DNA of 43,060 bases, from contig JAFLUR010000001.1 in assembly GCA_022508725.1 (NCBI GenBank), positions 1-43,060 on the forward strand, given 5' to 3'. The DNA is from Oscillospiraceae bacterium (lineage in GTDB: Bacteria > Bacillota > Clostridia > UBA1381). Of this stretch, positions 7,972-16,805 are shown one piece after another. The notes under the pieces were generated by a model. That model had not been told where the DNA came from, made no database searches, and saw nothing but the letters and a program-made list of their open reading frames with translations. How positions within the stretch are numbered: position 1 is the stretch's first letter; each line of letters opens with the position of its first letter. The position numbers were made by a program, and so were the translations under genes.

Positions 7972-9035
7972 TTCCGTTCACCTCCGATAATCTCCTTTAT
8001 CCCGTCGGCAACTTCGGACGGAGTGGGAATAACGCCGCCCGTTCTTCCCATAAAATACACAGGCGCCTTTCCGTTCACCGCAAGACGCACATCCTCCACC
8101 ATCTGTCCCATGCTCATCTCGACCGAGAAGAACATCCTTGCCTTATCCGCCGCCTTATTCAAAGCCTCATAAGGGAACGGCCACAGTGTAATCGGGCGTA
8201 TCGTTCCGATTTTTATTCCCTCCGCCCGCAAGCCTTCGACCGCGGTCTGAACGACTCTGCTGGTCGTTCCGTAGGAACATACTATATATTCGGCATCATC
8301 CGCATAAATGCTTTCATACCGAACCTCATTGCTTTTTATCAAATCGTACTTCTTTTCTCTCTCCACAACCGTATATTCCAGATCCTCCGGAGTCATGTAG
8401 AGAGTATTTATGACGTTATGCTTTCTCCTTCCGCCCGTTCCGACGGTCGCCCACGGCTTTTCGGGGATATCGGGCTTGTAATCATCGTCAAACACAACAG
8501 GCTCCATCATCTGACCGAGCGTTCCGTCACCAAGTATCATGACCGGGCATCTGTAATTATCCGCCAGATCAAATGCCTTCATTGTAAGCTCGGACAGCTC
8601 CGGAACGGAGTTCGGCGCAAGCACGAGCAAATGATAATCGCCGTGTCCGCCGCCCTTTACCGCCTGAAAATAATCCGACTGAGCCGGCTGTATTCCTCCC
8701 AATCCGGGGCCTCCTCTTACCATATTAACGATAACACACGGCAGATCGGCTCCGGCAATATACGATATACCCTCCGCTTTAAGGCTTATTCCGGGGCTTG
8801 ACGAGCTTGTCATAACACGCGCTCCGGCACCCGCCGCGCCGTAAACCATATTTATCGCTGCCACCTCGCTCTCCGCCTGCAAAAACGTACCGCCTATCTT
8901 AGGCATTCTTTTTGCCATATATGCGGATATTTCGGTTTGCGGTGTAATCGGATAGCCGAAAAAGTGCCTGCATCCCGAGCGGATGGCGGCTTCGGCTATT
9001 GCCTCATTACCTTTCATCAAAACCTTTTTTTCCAC
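7968..9035 (-). CDS. 2-oxoacid:ferredoxin oxidoreductase, alpha subunit
   Basis: The MKGNEAIAEAAIRSGC..FFGYPITPQTE N-terminus is typical of OFOR alpha subunits. I prefer GTG 9035 (GGAGGA RBS 9 nt upstream) over the ORF-track TTG at 9086, so the 5' end is uncertain by 51 nt. Confidence 0.88.
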   Translation of the reverse strand: MEKKVLMKGNEAIAEAAIRSGCRHFFGYPITPQTEISAYMAKRMPKIGGTFLQAESEVAAINMVYGAAGAGARVMTSSSSPGISLKAEGISYIAGADLPCVIVNMVRGGPGLGGIQPAQSDYFQAVKGGGHGDYHLLVLAPNSVPELSELTMKAFDLADNYRCPVMILGDGTLGQMMEPVVFDDDYKPDIPEKPWATVGTGGRRKHNVINTLYMTPEDLEYTVVEREKKYDLIKSNEVRYESIYADDAEYIVCSYGTTSRVVQTAVEGLRAEGIKIGTIRPITLWPFPYEALNKAADKARMFFSVEMSMGQMVEDVRLAVNGKAPVYFMGRTGGVIPTPSEVADGIKEIIGGERK

Positions 9036-9087
9036 AGCATTAAATCCTCCGTTTCCACAACACTGCAATTCCGACCGGCGAAACAAG

Positions 9088-9291
9088 TCACGCCTCGACG
9101 GTTATGACCGCATCGGGGCATATTACCGCGCATGACGCACATCCGATGCATTTATCCGGTTCGACAATTTCGACAGGCTTAAATCCGAGAACATTTATTT
9201 TCTCCGCCTGCTTCAATAATTTTTTCGGGCATACCGAAATACAAAGCTCGCAGCCCTTACACCTCGACTCATTGAATATTACCTTTGCCAT
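9088..9291 (-). CDS. 2-oxoacid:ferredoxin oxidoreductase, delta subunit (2x[4Fe-4S] ferredoxin)
   Basis: 67 aa with two CxxCxxCxxxCP motifs (CKGCELCISVCP; CIGCASCAVICP). It is the first gene of the delta-alpha-beta-gamma operon. Confidence 0.88.
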   Translation of the reverse strand: MAKVIFNESRCKGCELCISVCPKKLLKQAEKINVLGFKPVEIVEPDKCIGCASCAVICPDAVITVEA

Positions 9292-9322
9292 AACAAAACC
9301 TTCCTAAAAACAATATGCCGGA

Positions 9323-9970
9323 TCACTGTTCCCACGGCTTTTTCATATAAATATCAAGTCCGAAAAAGTCTTTCTCTCCGCGGCCGATACTCTTTATTCC
9401 CGAGTTAAAAGCCACCCCGAGTCCCTTTTTCGCGCACACCTCGTCGATAACATACCTTCCCGACATAAGCGTGTCATAATCGGTATTCTTTCCTATATTT
9501 GTATTATTAACAATATCTGTTATTTTTAACCCCGATGCCGCCTCGATTTTTTCCATAAGCTCGATTATATCCTCCGCCGTTTCGGTAAGCGGACGCTTTG
9601 TATTTACAACGAAGTGCATTTCATATCCGTATTTTTGAAATAAATTCCTGTATACGCCGAGAGCATATGCCCCGTCCTCATCTCCGCCAACATCAAACAC
9701 ACAATGCAGACTCTCATCATAAAAAACCTTTGCGGCAGACGGCACAAGTATCGGAATATCGACATTCGACGCCGCGAAATCCGAGCAAATGACCTCTATC
9801 CCGCATCTTTCAAGCCGGTTTTTAAGCTCAGCTGTTCTGAAATACGGATTTACCGTGTCCATATCGACAATAACCGTTCCCGGGTTTGCGGATCGCACCG
9901 CGAAATTAACGGCGACCTCGGTTTTTCCGCTGCCGAAATGCCCCGTAAAAATATGAATACGAGAATTCAT
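9323..9970 (-). CDS. uncharacterised P-loop NTPase
   Basis: N-terminal Walker A GHFGSGKTE and a Walker-B-like VFDVGGDEDG. The start is set at ATG 9970 (MNSRIHIFTGHFGSGKT) rather than 9985. Confidence 0.7.
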   Translation of the reverse strand: MNSRIHIFTGHFGSGKTEVAVNFAVRSANPGTVIVDMDTVNPYFRTAELKNRLERCGIEVICSDFAASNVDIPILVPSAAKVFYDESLHCVFDVGGDEDGAYALGVYRNLFQKYGYEMHFVVNTKRPLTETAEDIIELMEKIEAASGLKITDIVNNTNIGKNTDYDTLMSGRYVIDEVCAKKGLGVAFNSGIKSIGRGEKDFFGLDIYMKKPWEQ

Positions 9971-10080
9971 AACACTCCACTCCACCGTGCGGCGTATCCG
10001 TTTCTCCGCACATTATTTGCAAATCCCGCAGCAATTGCGATATAACCGCGATAATCGCGGCGACCGGATATTTTATTATC

Positions 10081-10109
10081 ATTATAACACACTTTATTTT
10101 ATTTTACAA
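10081..10109 (-). promoter_or_regulatory. candidate promoter for the P-loop NTPase / oxidoreductase genes
   Basis: On the minus strand: TTGTAA (10109..10104), a 17-nt spacer, then TATAAT (10086..10081) with an upstream TG. It overlaps the RseC stop codon. Confidence 0.4.
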
Positions 10110-10502
10110 GATGTTATGCACAATTAATGTATATTTATCTTTAAGTTTTTTATCGGCGGCATGAACCGCGGCAAATGACACACACAGCGCCGCCACCGAA
10201 ACAGCCGCCGATATATTTTCCCGTCCCGTCACGGAAAATACCGCGGCATAAGCGGCAAACAAAACAATAAACGGAACGATATACACCAAAAAAGCCGCAA
10301 ACAGGACCTTTGATGCGGACATTTTCATAACCACCCTGCTGCCCTCTTTTGCGCCCACGCTGTTCAGCACCCGCACCACACGGCCGTTTCCGCCGCCGCA
10401 GCCGCCGCAGCTTCCGCAGTTTCCGCCGCAAGCGGATTCCCGGTCTATCCTGACATTTATATATCGTCCGTCAACCGACTCGACAATACCTAACGTTTCC
10501 AT
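10104..10502 (-). CDS. RseC/MucC-family (SoxR-reducing system) membrane protein
   Basis: 132 aa. An N-terminal soluble segment carries a Cys/Gly cluster (CGGNCGSCGGCGGG), followed by two hydrophobic helices (VLFAAFLVYIVPFIVLFAAYAAVF; AAVSVAALCVSFAAV). ATG 10502 has a GGGAGGG RBS. Confidence 0.78.
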   Translation of the reverse strand: METLGIVESVDGRYINVRIDRESACGGNCGSCGGCGGGNGRVVRVLNSVGAKEGSRVVMKMSASKVLFAAFLVYIVPFIVLFAAYAAVFSVTGRENISAAVSVAALCVSFAAVHAADKKLKDKYTLIVHNIL

Positions 10503-10786
10503 AATATCCCTCCCGAATACAATCAGTCAAATTCAGCGGGAGTATAGTCTCCCGCTGAGTATAAAAGCTTTCCGCCGTTACGAAAACACCGATTTATACT
10601 AATCCTTGAAACGTCAGCAGACAAAGCCGGCGGAAGAAATTTCGTATGTCAAGGCAGCTGCCGCAAGACAGGCGGAATTTATGTCGTTGGATTTGTCTGC
10701 TGTTGTTTCGAGGATCAGTATTAAAGGTAATCAAAAATATCCGGTGTTTCCTTATATATTATTCCGCGCCGCTTTGCCATGTTTCC

Positions 10787-12460
10787 TTATTTTTTCATTT
10801 TTTCCGCATGACTGAGCATTTCGGCGGCATGACGCACCGCCGCCTCGGTTATATCGCTTCCGTCGATTATCCTTGCAAGCTCGCATACACGGTTATCATG
10901 ATCGAGCCGTTTGAGGGAAGTCGATGTTTTTCCGTCTTTTACTTTTTTTTGTATAAGATAATGGGCGTCCGCCATCGCCGCGACCGACGCAAGATGGGTT
11001 ATGCATATGACCTGACGGTGATGCGCGATATGCGACAGCTTTGACGCGATTTTCTGCGCCGCGCTGCCCGATACGCCGGTGTCTATCTCGTCAAATATAA
11101 GCGTGTCAACATCGTCAACATCGGCAAGTATCGATTTTATCGAAAGCATGACCCTTGACAATTCTCCGCCGGAAGCCGTTTTTACAAGCGGCTTTAACGG
11201 TTCTCCGGCATTTGCGCTTATAAGGAATTCCACCTCGTCTCTTCCCGTGGGGGAAAAATCTCCGGAATTCTTTATATCCACGCAAAAGCCGGCGCCCTTC
11301 ATATCAAGCTCATGCATCGACCTTTCTATTTCTTTTCGCAAAACCTCGCCCGCTTTTTTCCTTGATGCGGTAAGCTTTGCCGCGATGCCGGAAAGCTCGG
11401 CAAGCTTTTTTTCATATTCCGCTTTAAGCTCCGCCTTAAGCTCATCGCCGTGCGTTATATTTTCAAGAGCTTTTTTCGCGTTTTCGCAAAATTCCAGAAC
11501 CGCCTCCGTCGTGCCGCCGTATTTCATCTTCAGCCTGTTTATAAGATCGAGTCTGCCCTCGATCTCATCAAGCATATTCTCGTCATATTCCACACCCCTC
11601 GCGTAATCGTTAAGCTCGCGGGTGCAGTCCTCAAGGTCATACATTATACCGGAAAGCTTATCGTAAATCGCCTGTATTTTCGTATCGTATTCGGTTATAT
11701 CTTCAAGCGCCGATACCGCAATGCTTATCCCGTCGTAAGCCGGACGTATTTCGGAAGAATCATACAAATTTCCGTAAGCCGTATTGACCGCAAGGCTTAT
11801 TTTCTCGGCATTCGATATAACCGCCCTCTGCTCCTCCAAAAGCTCATCCTCGCCCTTTTTGAGCTTGGCGTTCTCTATCTCACCGACCTGAAATGTCAAA
11901 AAATCGATTTTTTCCGCCCTTTCCTTTTCGTCCGTATCAAGCTCCTTTATTTTTCTTTTTATATCGGCAAGCTCTCCGTAGCATACGCCGTATTCCTCCA
12001 AAAGACTGCCGTTTCCCGCAAATTTATCAAGGAACTCGATATGCTTTGCCGGATTCAAGAGATTTTGATTATCCGGCTGACCGTGTATATTAACCAGCCT
12101 TTGTGCAACGGCGCGGAGCGTCGAAAGCGGTGTTATTGCGGAATTTATACGGCAGACGCTTTTCCCGTCCGCCGTTATATCGCGTCTTATTATTATCTGA
12201 CCGTCCTCCGCGTCTATTCCAAGCTCCTCAAAATACGGAAAGCCTTCTCCGACGTCAAATACAGCCGTAACGCTTGCCTTATCGGTTCCGTAACGCACAA
12301 GAGATTTGTTTGTTCTCGCTCCCGATATAATATTGACGGAATCTATTATCATCGATTTTCCCGCTCCGGTCTCGCCGGTAAGAACACACATTCCGTCCGC
12401 AAACTCAATCTCCGTTTTTTCTATCACGGCTATATTCTCAATACACAAATTTGTAAGCAT
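10787..12460 (-). CDS. recN: DNA repair protein RecN
   Basis: 557 aa, SMC-like: Walker A GETGAGKS, a long coiled-coil middle, signature ASGGELSR, and Walker B LIFDEIDTG. Confidence 0.95.
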   Translation of the reverse strand: MLTNLCIENIAVIEKTEIEFADGMCVLTGETGAGKSMIIDSVNIISGARTNKSLVRYGTDKASVTAVFDVGEGFPYFEELGIDAEDGQIIIRRDITADGKSVCRINSAITPLSTLRAVAQRLVNIHGQPDNQNLLNPAKHIEFLDKFAGNGSLLEEYGVCYGELADIKRKIKELDTDEKERAEKIDFLTFQVGEIENAKLKKGEDELLEEQRAVISNAEKISLAVNTAYGNLYDSSEIRPAYDGISIAVSALEDITEYDTKIQAIYDKLSGIMYDLEDCTRELNDYARGVEYDENMLDEIEGRLDLINRLKMKYGGTTEAVLEFCENAKKALENITHGDELKAELKAEYEKKLAELSGIAAKLTASRKKAGEVLRKEIERSMHELDMKGAGFCVDIKNSGDFSPTGRDEVEFLISANAGEPLKPLVKTASGGELSRVMLSIKSILADVDDVDTLIFDEIDTGVSGSAAQKIASKLSHIAHHRQVICITHLASVAAMADAHYLIQKKVKDGKTSTSLKRLDHDNRVCELARIIDGSDITEAAVRHAAEMLSHAEKMKK

Positions 12461-12474
12461 AATGTCACCTTTTC

Positions 12475-12912
12475 TCAGAATATTCTTTTTATCCTTTCAA
12501 GACATTCCTCCGCTTTTTCGGGAGTCCGGCATATAACAAGCACGGTATCGTCCCCCGCGACCGTTCCGAGTATGCGCGGCTCGTTTGCCGAATCGATCAC
12601 CGCTGCGGCGGCGGAGGCCACACCCGGCAGAGTCTTTATAACGATCGTATGCATTGCGCATACAATACTGACAATTCCTCCCGGCATAATCGCTATCCCG
12701 TCGGTTTCCGTCGTTTTTGTTTCTCTTGCCGAATATCTGTATCCGTTTTCGGAAGGCTGTTTTATAAGCATAAGCTCCTTTATATCCCTCGACAAAGTTG
12801 CCTGCGTGACCCGAAATCCGCTTTTTTCAAGCTCCTCCTGCAAATCCTTTTGAGTATTTATCTCCTTTTGCTTTATTATACCGAGTATCATGTTCTGACG
12901 CTTATATTTCAT
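12475..12912 (-). CDS. argR: arginine repressor
   Basis: 145 aa with an N-terminal winged-helix (QKDLQEELEKSGFRVTQATLSRDIKEL) and the C-terminal GTVAGDDTVLV arginine-binding/oligomerisation motif. It sits in the classic nadK-argR-recN arrangement. Confidence 0.9.
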   Translation of the reverse strand: MKYKRQNMILGIIKQKEINTQKDLQEELEKSGFRVTQATLSRDIKELMLIKQPSENGYRYSARETKTTETDGIAIMPGGIVSIVCAMHTIVIKTLPGVASAAAAVIDSANEPRILGTVAGDDTVLVICRTPEKAEECLERIKRIF

Positions 12913-12921
12913 AAAATCACC

Positions 12922-13761
12922 TCAGCTCAACTTCATTATAAGGGTATCGTAAAAGGAGCGTCTTTGTATTTTGATAAGCTCGGCAGTAAGCTCCGACTTT
13001 CTTATGACCACCCTCGCCGATGTATCTATATCCTCCAGTATATCGCCGTCAACCGAGACACTCATACGCGAATCATATACCGGATCGAATGTCAGTGTTA
13101 TCACTTTGTCGGCGGACATTATCATTGTCCGTGCCGTCAGCATATGAGGGCATACCGGAGTTACTATAAACATCCGCATAAGCGGATCGACCACCGGTCC
13201 GCCCGCCGAAAGCGAATATGCCGTAGAGCCGGTCGGCGTTGCCGTAATAACTCCGTCCGCAGTATATGTATTCACAAGCTCATCCTGCGAATAAACCATT
13301 GTATGCGGCATCTTTGAGCCCGGTTTTTTGGAAATAACAATATCGTTAAGGGCATGATAGCTCGTTTTACGGTTATTGTGATACACATCGACCGTCATCA
13401 TCATACGGCTGTTCACCTCGTATCTGCCCGAAAGCAGTCTTTCAACCGCCGTTTCGATTCCCGCGGGCTCCACCTCCGACATAAATCCGACGGTACCGAG
13501 ATTTATTCCGAGTACGGGTATCTTTTTCCCGGCACATTTACGCGCCGTTTTAAGGATAGTCCCGTCACCGCCGAGAACAATAACCGTTTCGACGGTGTCG
13601 TAAATCTCGTCCTCGGGAATATACTCAGCGCGTATGCCGCTTCCGGAAAAAATATCCTCCATATATACCTCCGCTCTTCCGTTTATCGCGTTGACTACGC
13701 GTTTTGCGTAGGTAAGTCCCATATCCTTATCCTTATTCGGCATAACAGCTGTTTTTTTCAA
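12922..13761 (-). CDS. nadK: NAD kinase
   Basis: Motifs VLGGDGTIL, NDIVISK and TPTGSTAYSLSAGGP. The TTG start at 13761 has AAGGAGAG 7 nt upstream, and ATG 13743 is the alternative start. Confidence 0.9.
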   Translation of the reverse strand: MKKTAVMPNKDKDMGLTYAKRVVNAINGRAEVYMEDIFSGSGIRAEYIPEDEIYDTVETVIVLGGDGTILKTARKCAGKKIPVLGINLGTVGFMSEVEPAGIETAVERLLSGRYEVNSRMMMTVDVYHNNRKTSYHALNDIVISKKPGSKMPHTMVYSQDELVNTYTADGVITATPTGSTAYSLSAGGPVVDPLMRMFIVTPVCPHMLTARTMIMSADKVITLTFDPVYDSRMSVSVDGDILEDIDTSARVVIRKSELTAELIKIQRRSFYDTLIMKLS

Positions 13762-13819
13762 AAAAAATCTCTCCTTTGCCCGTAATTCTCTCCGTTAATA
13801 TCCGTTGTCCGTCAATATA

Positions 13820-13848
13820 ATTATATCATACCGTATTTTTTTTATCAA
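13820..13848 (-). promoter_or_regulatory. sigma-70-type promoter for nadK-argR-recN
   Basis: On the minus strand: TTGATA (13848..13843), a 17-nt spacer, then TATAAT (13825..13820). Confidence 0.6.
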
Positions 13849-13890
13849 GTCTTTTTAAGGAAAGTTTCACACGGTATTCGCCTTGCCGCG

Positions 13891-13927
13891 CATAAAAACA
13901 GCGTGACGGCCGTTAAAACCGCCACGC
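13891..13927 (-). terminator. intrinsic terminator downstream of the flavodiiron gene
   Basis: On the minus strand: GCGTGGCGG-TTTTAACGG-CCGTCACGC (one G-U pair) followed by TGTTTTTATG. Confidence 0.5.
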
Positions 13928-14014
13928 CGAAAGATCTTCCGCCAGTGATAAAAATTCATCACTCATTGCGGGATCGGATAAATGTTATTCATATATTCCG
14001 TCCCCGCCGCCGGA

Positions 14015-15169
14015 TTATCTGCAAAGCTCCCCGGCAAGAGCCTCTATCTCATCGATATTGACCTGCTTCACCGCTGATTTTATGCTCACGACATTCTCGG
14101 CAAACGTGATATTTTTGGATTTCTCGAACATCGCCTTCATTGCCTTTGCCGCCGTAGGCACCCATGAACCGTTCTCAATAAACGCGATGGTTCTGTTTTG
14201 ATAATTCTTCTCGGTAAGCTCGTTTATAAATGTGTGCATGAACGGAAAGATACCGCCGTTGTATGTGGTTGTCGCAAGAACGAGCTTTCCGTATCTGAAC
14301 GCGTCCTCGACAGCCTCCGGCATATCATCCCTTGCCAGGTCGGTAACGGTGACTTTGGGACATCCCTTTTCAAGCAGCTTTTTCTCCAGCATCTCCACAG
14401 CCTCTTTCGTATGCCCGTAAACCGATGTATACGCTATCACAACGCCCTCGCTTTCAACCTTGTATGATGACCATGTATCGTACAAGCCGAGATAATATCC
14501 GAGATTTTCCGTAAGCACCGGACCGTGCAGCGGGCATATGGTCGAAATATCGAGCGCGGACGCTTTTTTGAGCAGGCTTTGCACCTGAGCGCCGAACCTT
14601 GCGACAATACCGAAATAATATCTTCTTGCCTCGCACGCCCAGTCCTCGTCCGCATCAAGCGCGCCGAATTTACCGAAACCGTCCGCCGAAAACAGAATCT
14701 TATCGGTGCTGTCATAGGTGACCATGACCTCCGGCCAGTGTACCATCGGCGCGAATACGAATGTGAGCGTGTGTTTGCCGAGCGAAAGCGTTCCGCCGTC
14801 CGAAACGACTGTTTTATTGTCTCCCAAATCGATATCAAAGAAATTATTTATCATATTAAATGTCTTTTCGTTTCCCACAATTTTTGCGGACGGATATTTT
14901 TCGATGAAATTTTTTATATTTGCCGAATGATCCGGCTCCATGTGCTGTACTATGAGATAATCCGGGCTTTTTCCGCCGAGCGCCTTTTCCGTATTCGCCA
15001 GCCACTCGCTTCCGAAACGCGCGTCCACCGTATCGAGCACGGCGGTCTTTTCATCGATTATTACATACGAGTTATACGCCATTCCGTTGGGAACGTCAAA
15101 CTGTCCCTCAAACAGATCGATCTCATGATCGTTGACACCCACATAAATTATATCGTCCTTAATTTTCAT
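14015..15169 (-). CDS. FprA-family flavodiiron protein (metallo-beta-lactamase-like diiron domain + flavodoxin domain)
   Basis: Diiron ligand motif VQHMEPDHS in the N-terminal MBL-like half and a flavodoxin-like C-terminal half (VVIAYTSVYGHTKE...). ATG 15169 (MKIKDDIIYVG) is preferred over the TTG at 15175. Confidence 0.85.
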   Translation of the reverse strand: MKIKDDIIYVGVNDHEIDLFEGQFDVPNGMAYNSYVIIDEKTAVLDTVDARFGSEWLANTEKALGGKSPDYLIVQHMEPDHSANIKNFIEKYPSAKIVGNEKTFNMINNFFDIDLGDNKTVVSDGGTLSLGKHTLTFVFAPMVHWPEVMVTYDSTDKILFSADGFGKFGALDADEDWACEARRYYFGIVARFGAQVQSLLKKASALDISTICPLHGPVLTENLGYYLGLYDTWSSYKVESEGVVIAYTSVYGHTKEAVEMLEKKLLEKGCPKVTVTDLARDDMPEAVEDAFRYGKLVLATTTYNGGIFPFMHTFINELTEKNYQNRTIAFIENGSWVPTAAKAMKAMFEKSKNITFAENVVSIKSAVKQVNIDEIEALAGELCR

Positions 15170-15266
15170 TTTCAATCAACCTTTCTTTTTGCAAAATCAA
15201 AACACCGGAAAAACGTAATCCCGGAAACAGCGGCAGACAAATCGGTTTTCCGCAGAATACTTTTTC

Positions 15267-15432
15267 AGAGCCTGTTTAGTATCCGGAGATTACCGGATTT
15301 TTGAGCGGATTTTTCTGCCGGCAAAGCAAAAAATTCGCAGGAATACTTTGTGTATTTCAAGAATTTTTTTTTGCAAAGCAGGCGGGAAAAGATGCCGAAA
15401 AGACGGTGATTGAAGGATGCTAAACAGGCTCT
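15267..15432. repeat. palindromic intergenic repeat element, family A, copy 2 (166 bp)
   Basis: Perfect 13-bp terminal inverted repeats, AGAGCCTGTTTAG...CTAAACAGGCTCT. The interior aligns with 3785..3912 and shares the central GTATTTCAAGAATT. It sits in the divergent fprA / U32 promoter region. Confidence 0.7.
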
Positions 15433-15521
15433 TAATGAAACATTAACGAAAATGCCTACGCGTGCCGCGCCGTAGGTTTTATTTGTGCCTTGCGGCGCGG
15501 CGGAAAGGAATGGTTGCAAAA

Positions 15522-16760
15522 ATGAATAAAAAACCCGAACTGCTTGCGCCCGGGGGAAGTCTTGAAAAGCTGAAAACAGCCGTAATATACGGGGCAGATG
15601 CGGTTTATATAGGCGGTGAGGCATATTCGCTGCGCGCCGCCGCCGAGAATTTTTCGGCGGAAGACATGCGCCGTGGGCTCGATTTCGCCCATGAACGCGG
15701 AAAAAAGGTCTATCTTACCGCCAACATTATTCCGCATAATAAGGATATTGACAATCTTAAAGCCTTTACCGACGACCTGCGCGGTCTTGAATTTGACGGA
15801 ATACTTGTTGCCGATTTGGGTATGTTTTCGCTTTTTCGGGAATATATGCCCGATATGCCTCTGCATATAAGCACGCAGGCAAATAACGTAAACTATGCAA
15901 GCGCCCGTATGTGGCATCGGCTGGGCGCGAAAAGGGTAGTCCTTGCCCGCGAGATGAGCTTGGATGAAATCAAGGAGATACGCAGCAAGGTTCCCGGCGA
16001 TCTGGAGCTTGAAGCGTTTGTGCACGGCGCAATGTGCATATCCTATTCCGGGAGATGCCTTTTGAGCAATTATATGACCGGCAGGGATTCCAATATGGGG
16101 CAATGCGCCCATCCGTGCCGCTGGAATTATTCTTTGACCGAGCAGACCCGGCCCGGGGAATACTTTGACATATACGAAAACGAGCGCGGCAGCTTTATAT
16201 TCAATTCAAAGGATCTGTGTACCATCGCTCATATTCCCGAGCTTGTAAAAAGCGGTATAGACAGCTTTAAAATAGAGGGACGCGTCAAAACCGCGTATTA
16301 CACCGCAACCGTTGTCAAGGCATACCGGGAGGAAATCGACCGCTATTTCGAGGATCCCCAAAATTATGCATTTGACGAAAAACAGCTTGAGGAGCTCTGC
16401 AAGGTCAGTCACCGCCCGTATTATACAGGCTTTTATTTGGGCAGACCGGATGAAAACGCGCAGGTATACGCATCAAGCTCATATATAAGGGATTACGACA
16501 TAATAGGCGTGGTCCGGGAATATGACGAAAAAACGAAGCTTGCGGTAATAACACAGAAAAACAGATTTTTTGAGGGCGATGAAATTGAAATAATGCAGCC
16601 GGGCAAACCGTTTTTCAAACAAACCGTGCGCGACATGAAGAACGAAAACGGCGAAAGCATAACGGTCGCACCCCATGCGGCAATGACAGTTATCATGCCG
16701 ACAGACGAGCCTGTCACGGAAAATGCCGTAATACGCAAGAGAATAAACAGGGCGAATTAA
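15522..16760 (+). CDS. peptidase U32 family protein
   Basis: N-terminal PELLAPGGSLEKLKTAVIYGADAVYIGG and the U32 signature EAFVHGAMCISYSGRC. The start is set at ATG 15522 (MNKKPELLAP), and the ORF-track extension to 15462 lies inside repeat-flanking sequence. Confidence 0.85.
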   Translation: MNKKPELLAPGGSLEKLKTAVIYGADAVYIGGEAYSLRAAAENFSAEDMRRGLDFAHERGKKVYLTANIIPHNKDIDNLKAFTDDLRGLEFDGILVADLGMFSLFREYMPDMPLHISTQANNVNYASARMWHRLGAKRVVLAREMSLDEIKEIRSKVPGDLELEAFVHGAMCISYSGRCLLSNYMTGRDSNMGQCAHPCRWNYSLTEQTRPGEYFDIYENERGSFIFNSKDLCTIAHIPELVKSGIDSFKIEGRVKTAYYTATVVKAYREEIDRYFEDPQNYAFDEKQLEELCKVSHRPYYTGFYLGRPDENAQVYASSSYIRDYDIIGVVREYDEKTKLAVITQKNRFFEGDEIEIMQPGKPFFKQTVRDMKNENGESITVAPHAAMTVIMPTDEPVTENAVIRKRINRAN

Positions 16761-16805
16761 ACCGGTTTAAAGGTAATCAAAAAAATCAACATCGGAGGAT
16801 ATAAA

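Noticed and set aside
10380-10440. Cys/Gly-rich stretch CGGNCGSCGGCGGG as a possible RiPP precursor or low-complexity artefact
   Set aside because: It lies within an ORF whose overall architecture (soluble N-terminus, Cys cluster, two TM helices) fits the RseC family. There are no maturation enzymes nearby. The overlapping Arg-rich ORF at 10150..10431 is an alternative-frame artefact of GC-rich sequence.
11450-12853. 467-aa ORF on the + strand
   Set aside because: It lies entirely antisense to recN and argR, which have unambiguous family motifs. The translation is low-complexity and Arg/Phe/Tyr-rich, with no RBS. This is a shadow ORF.
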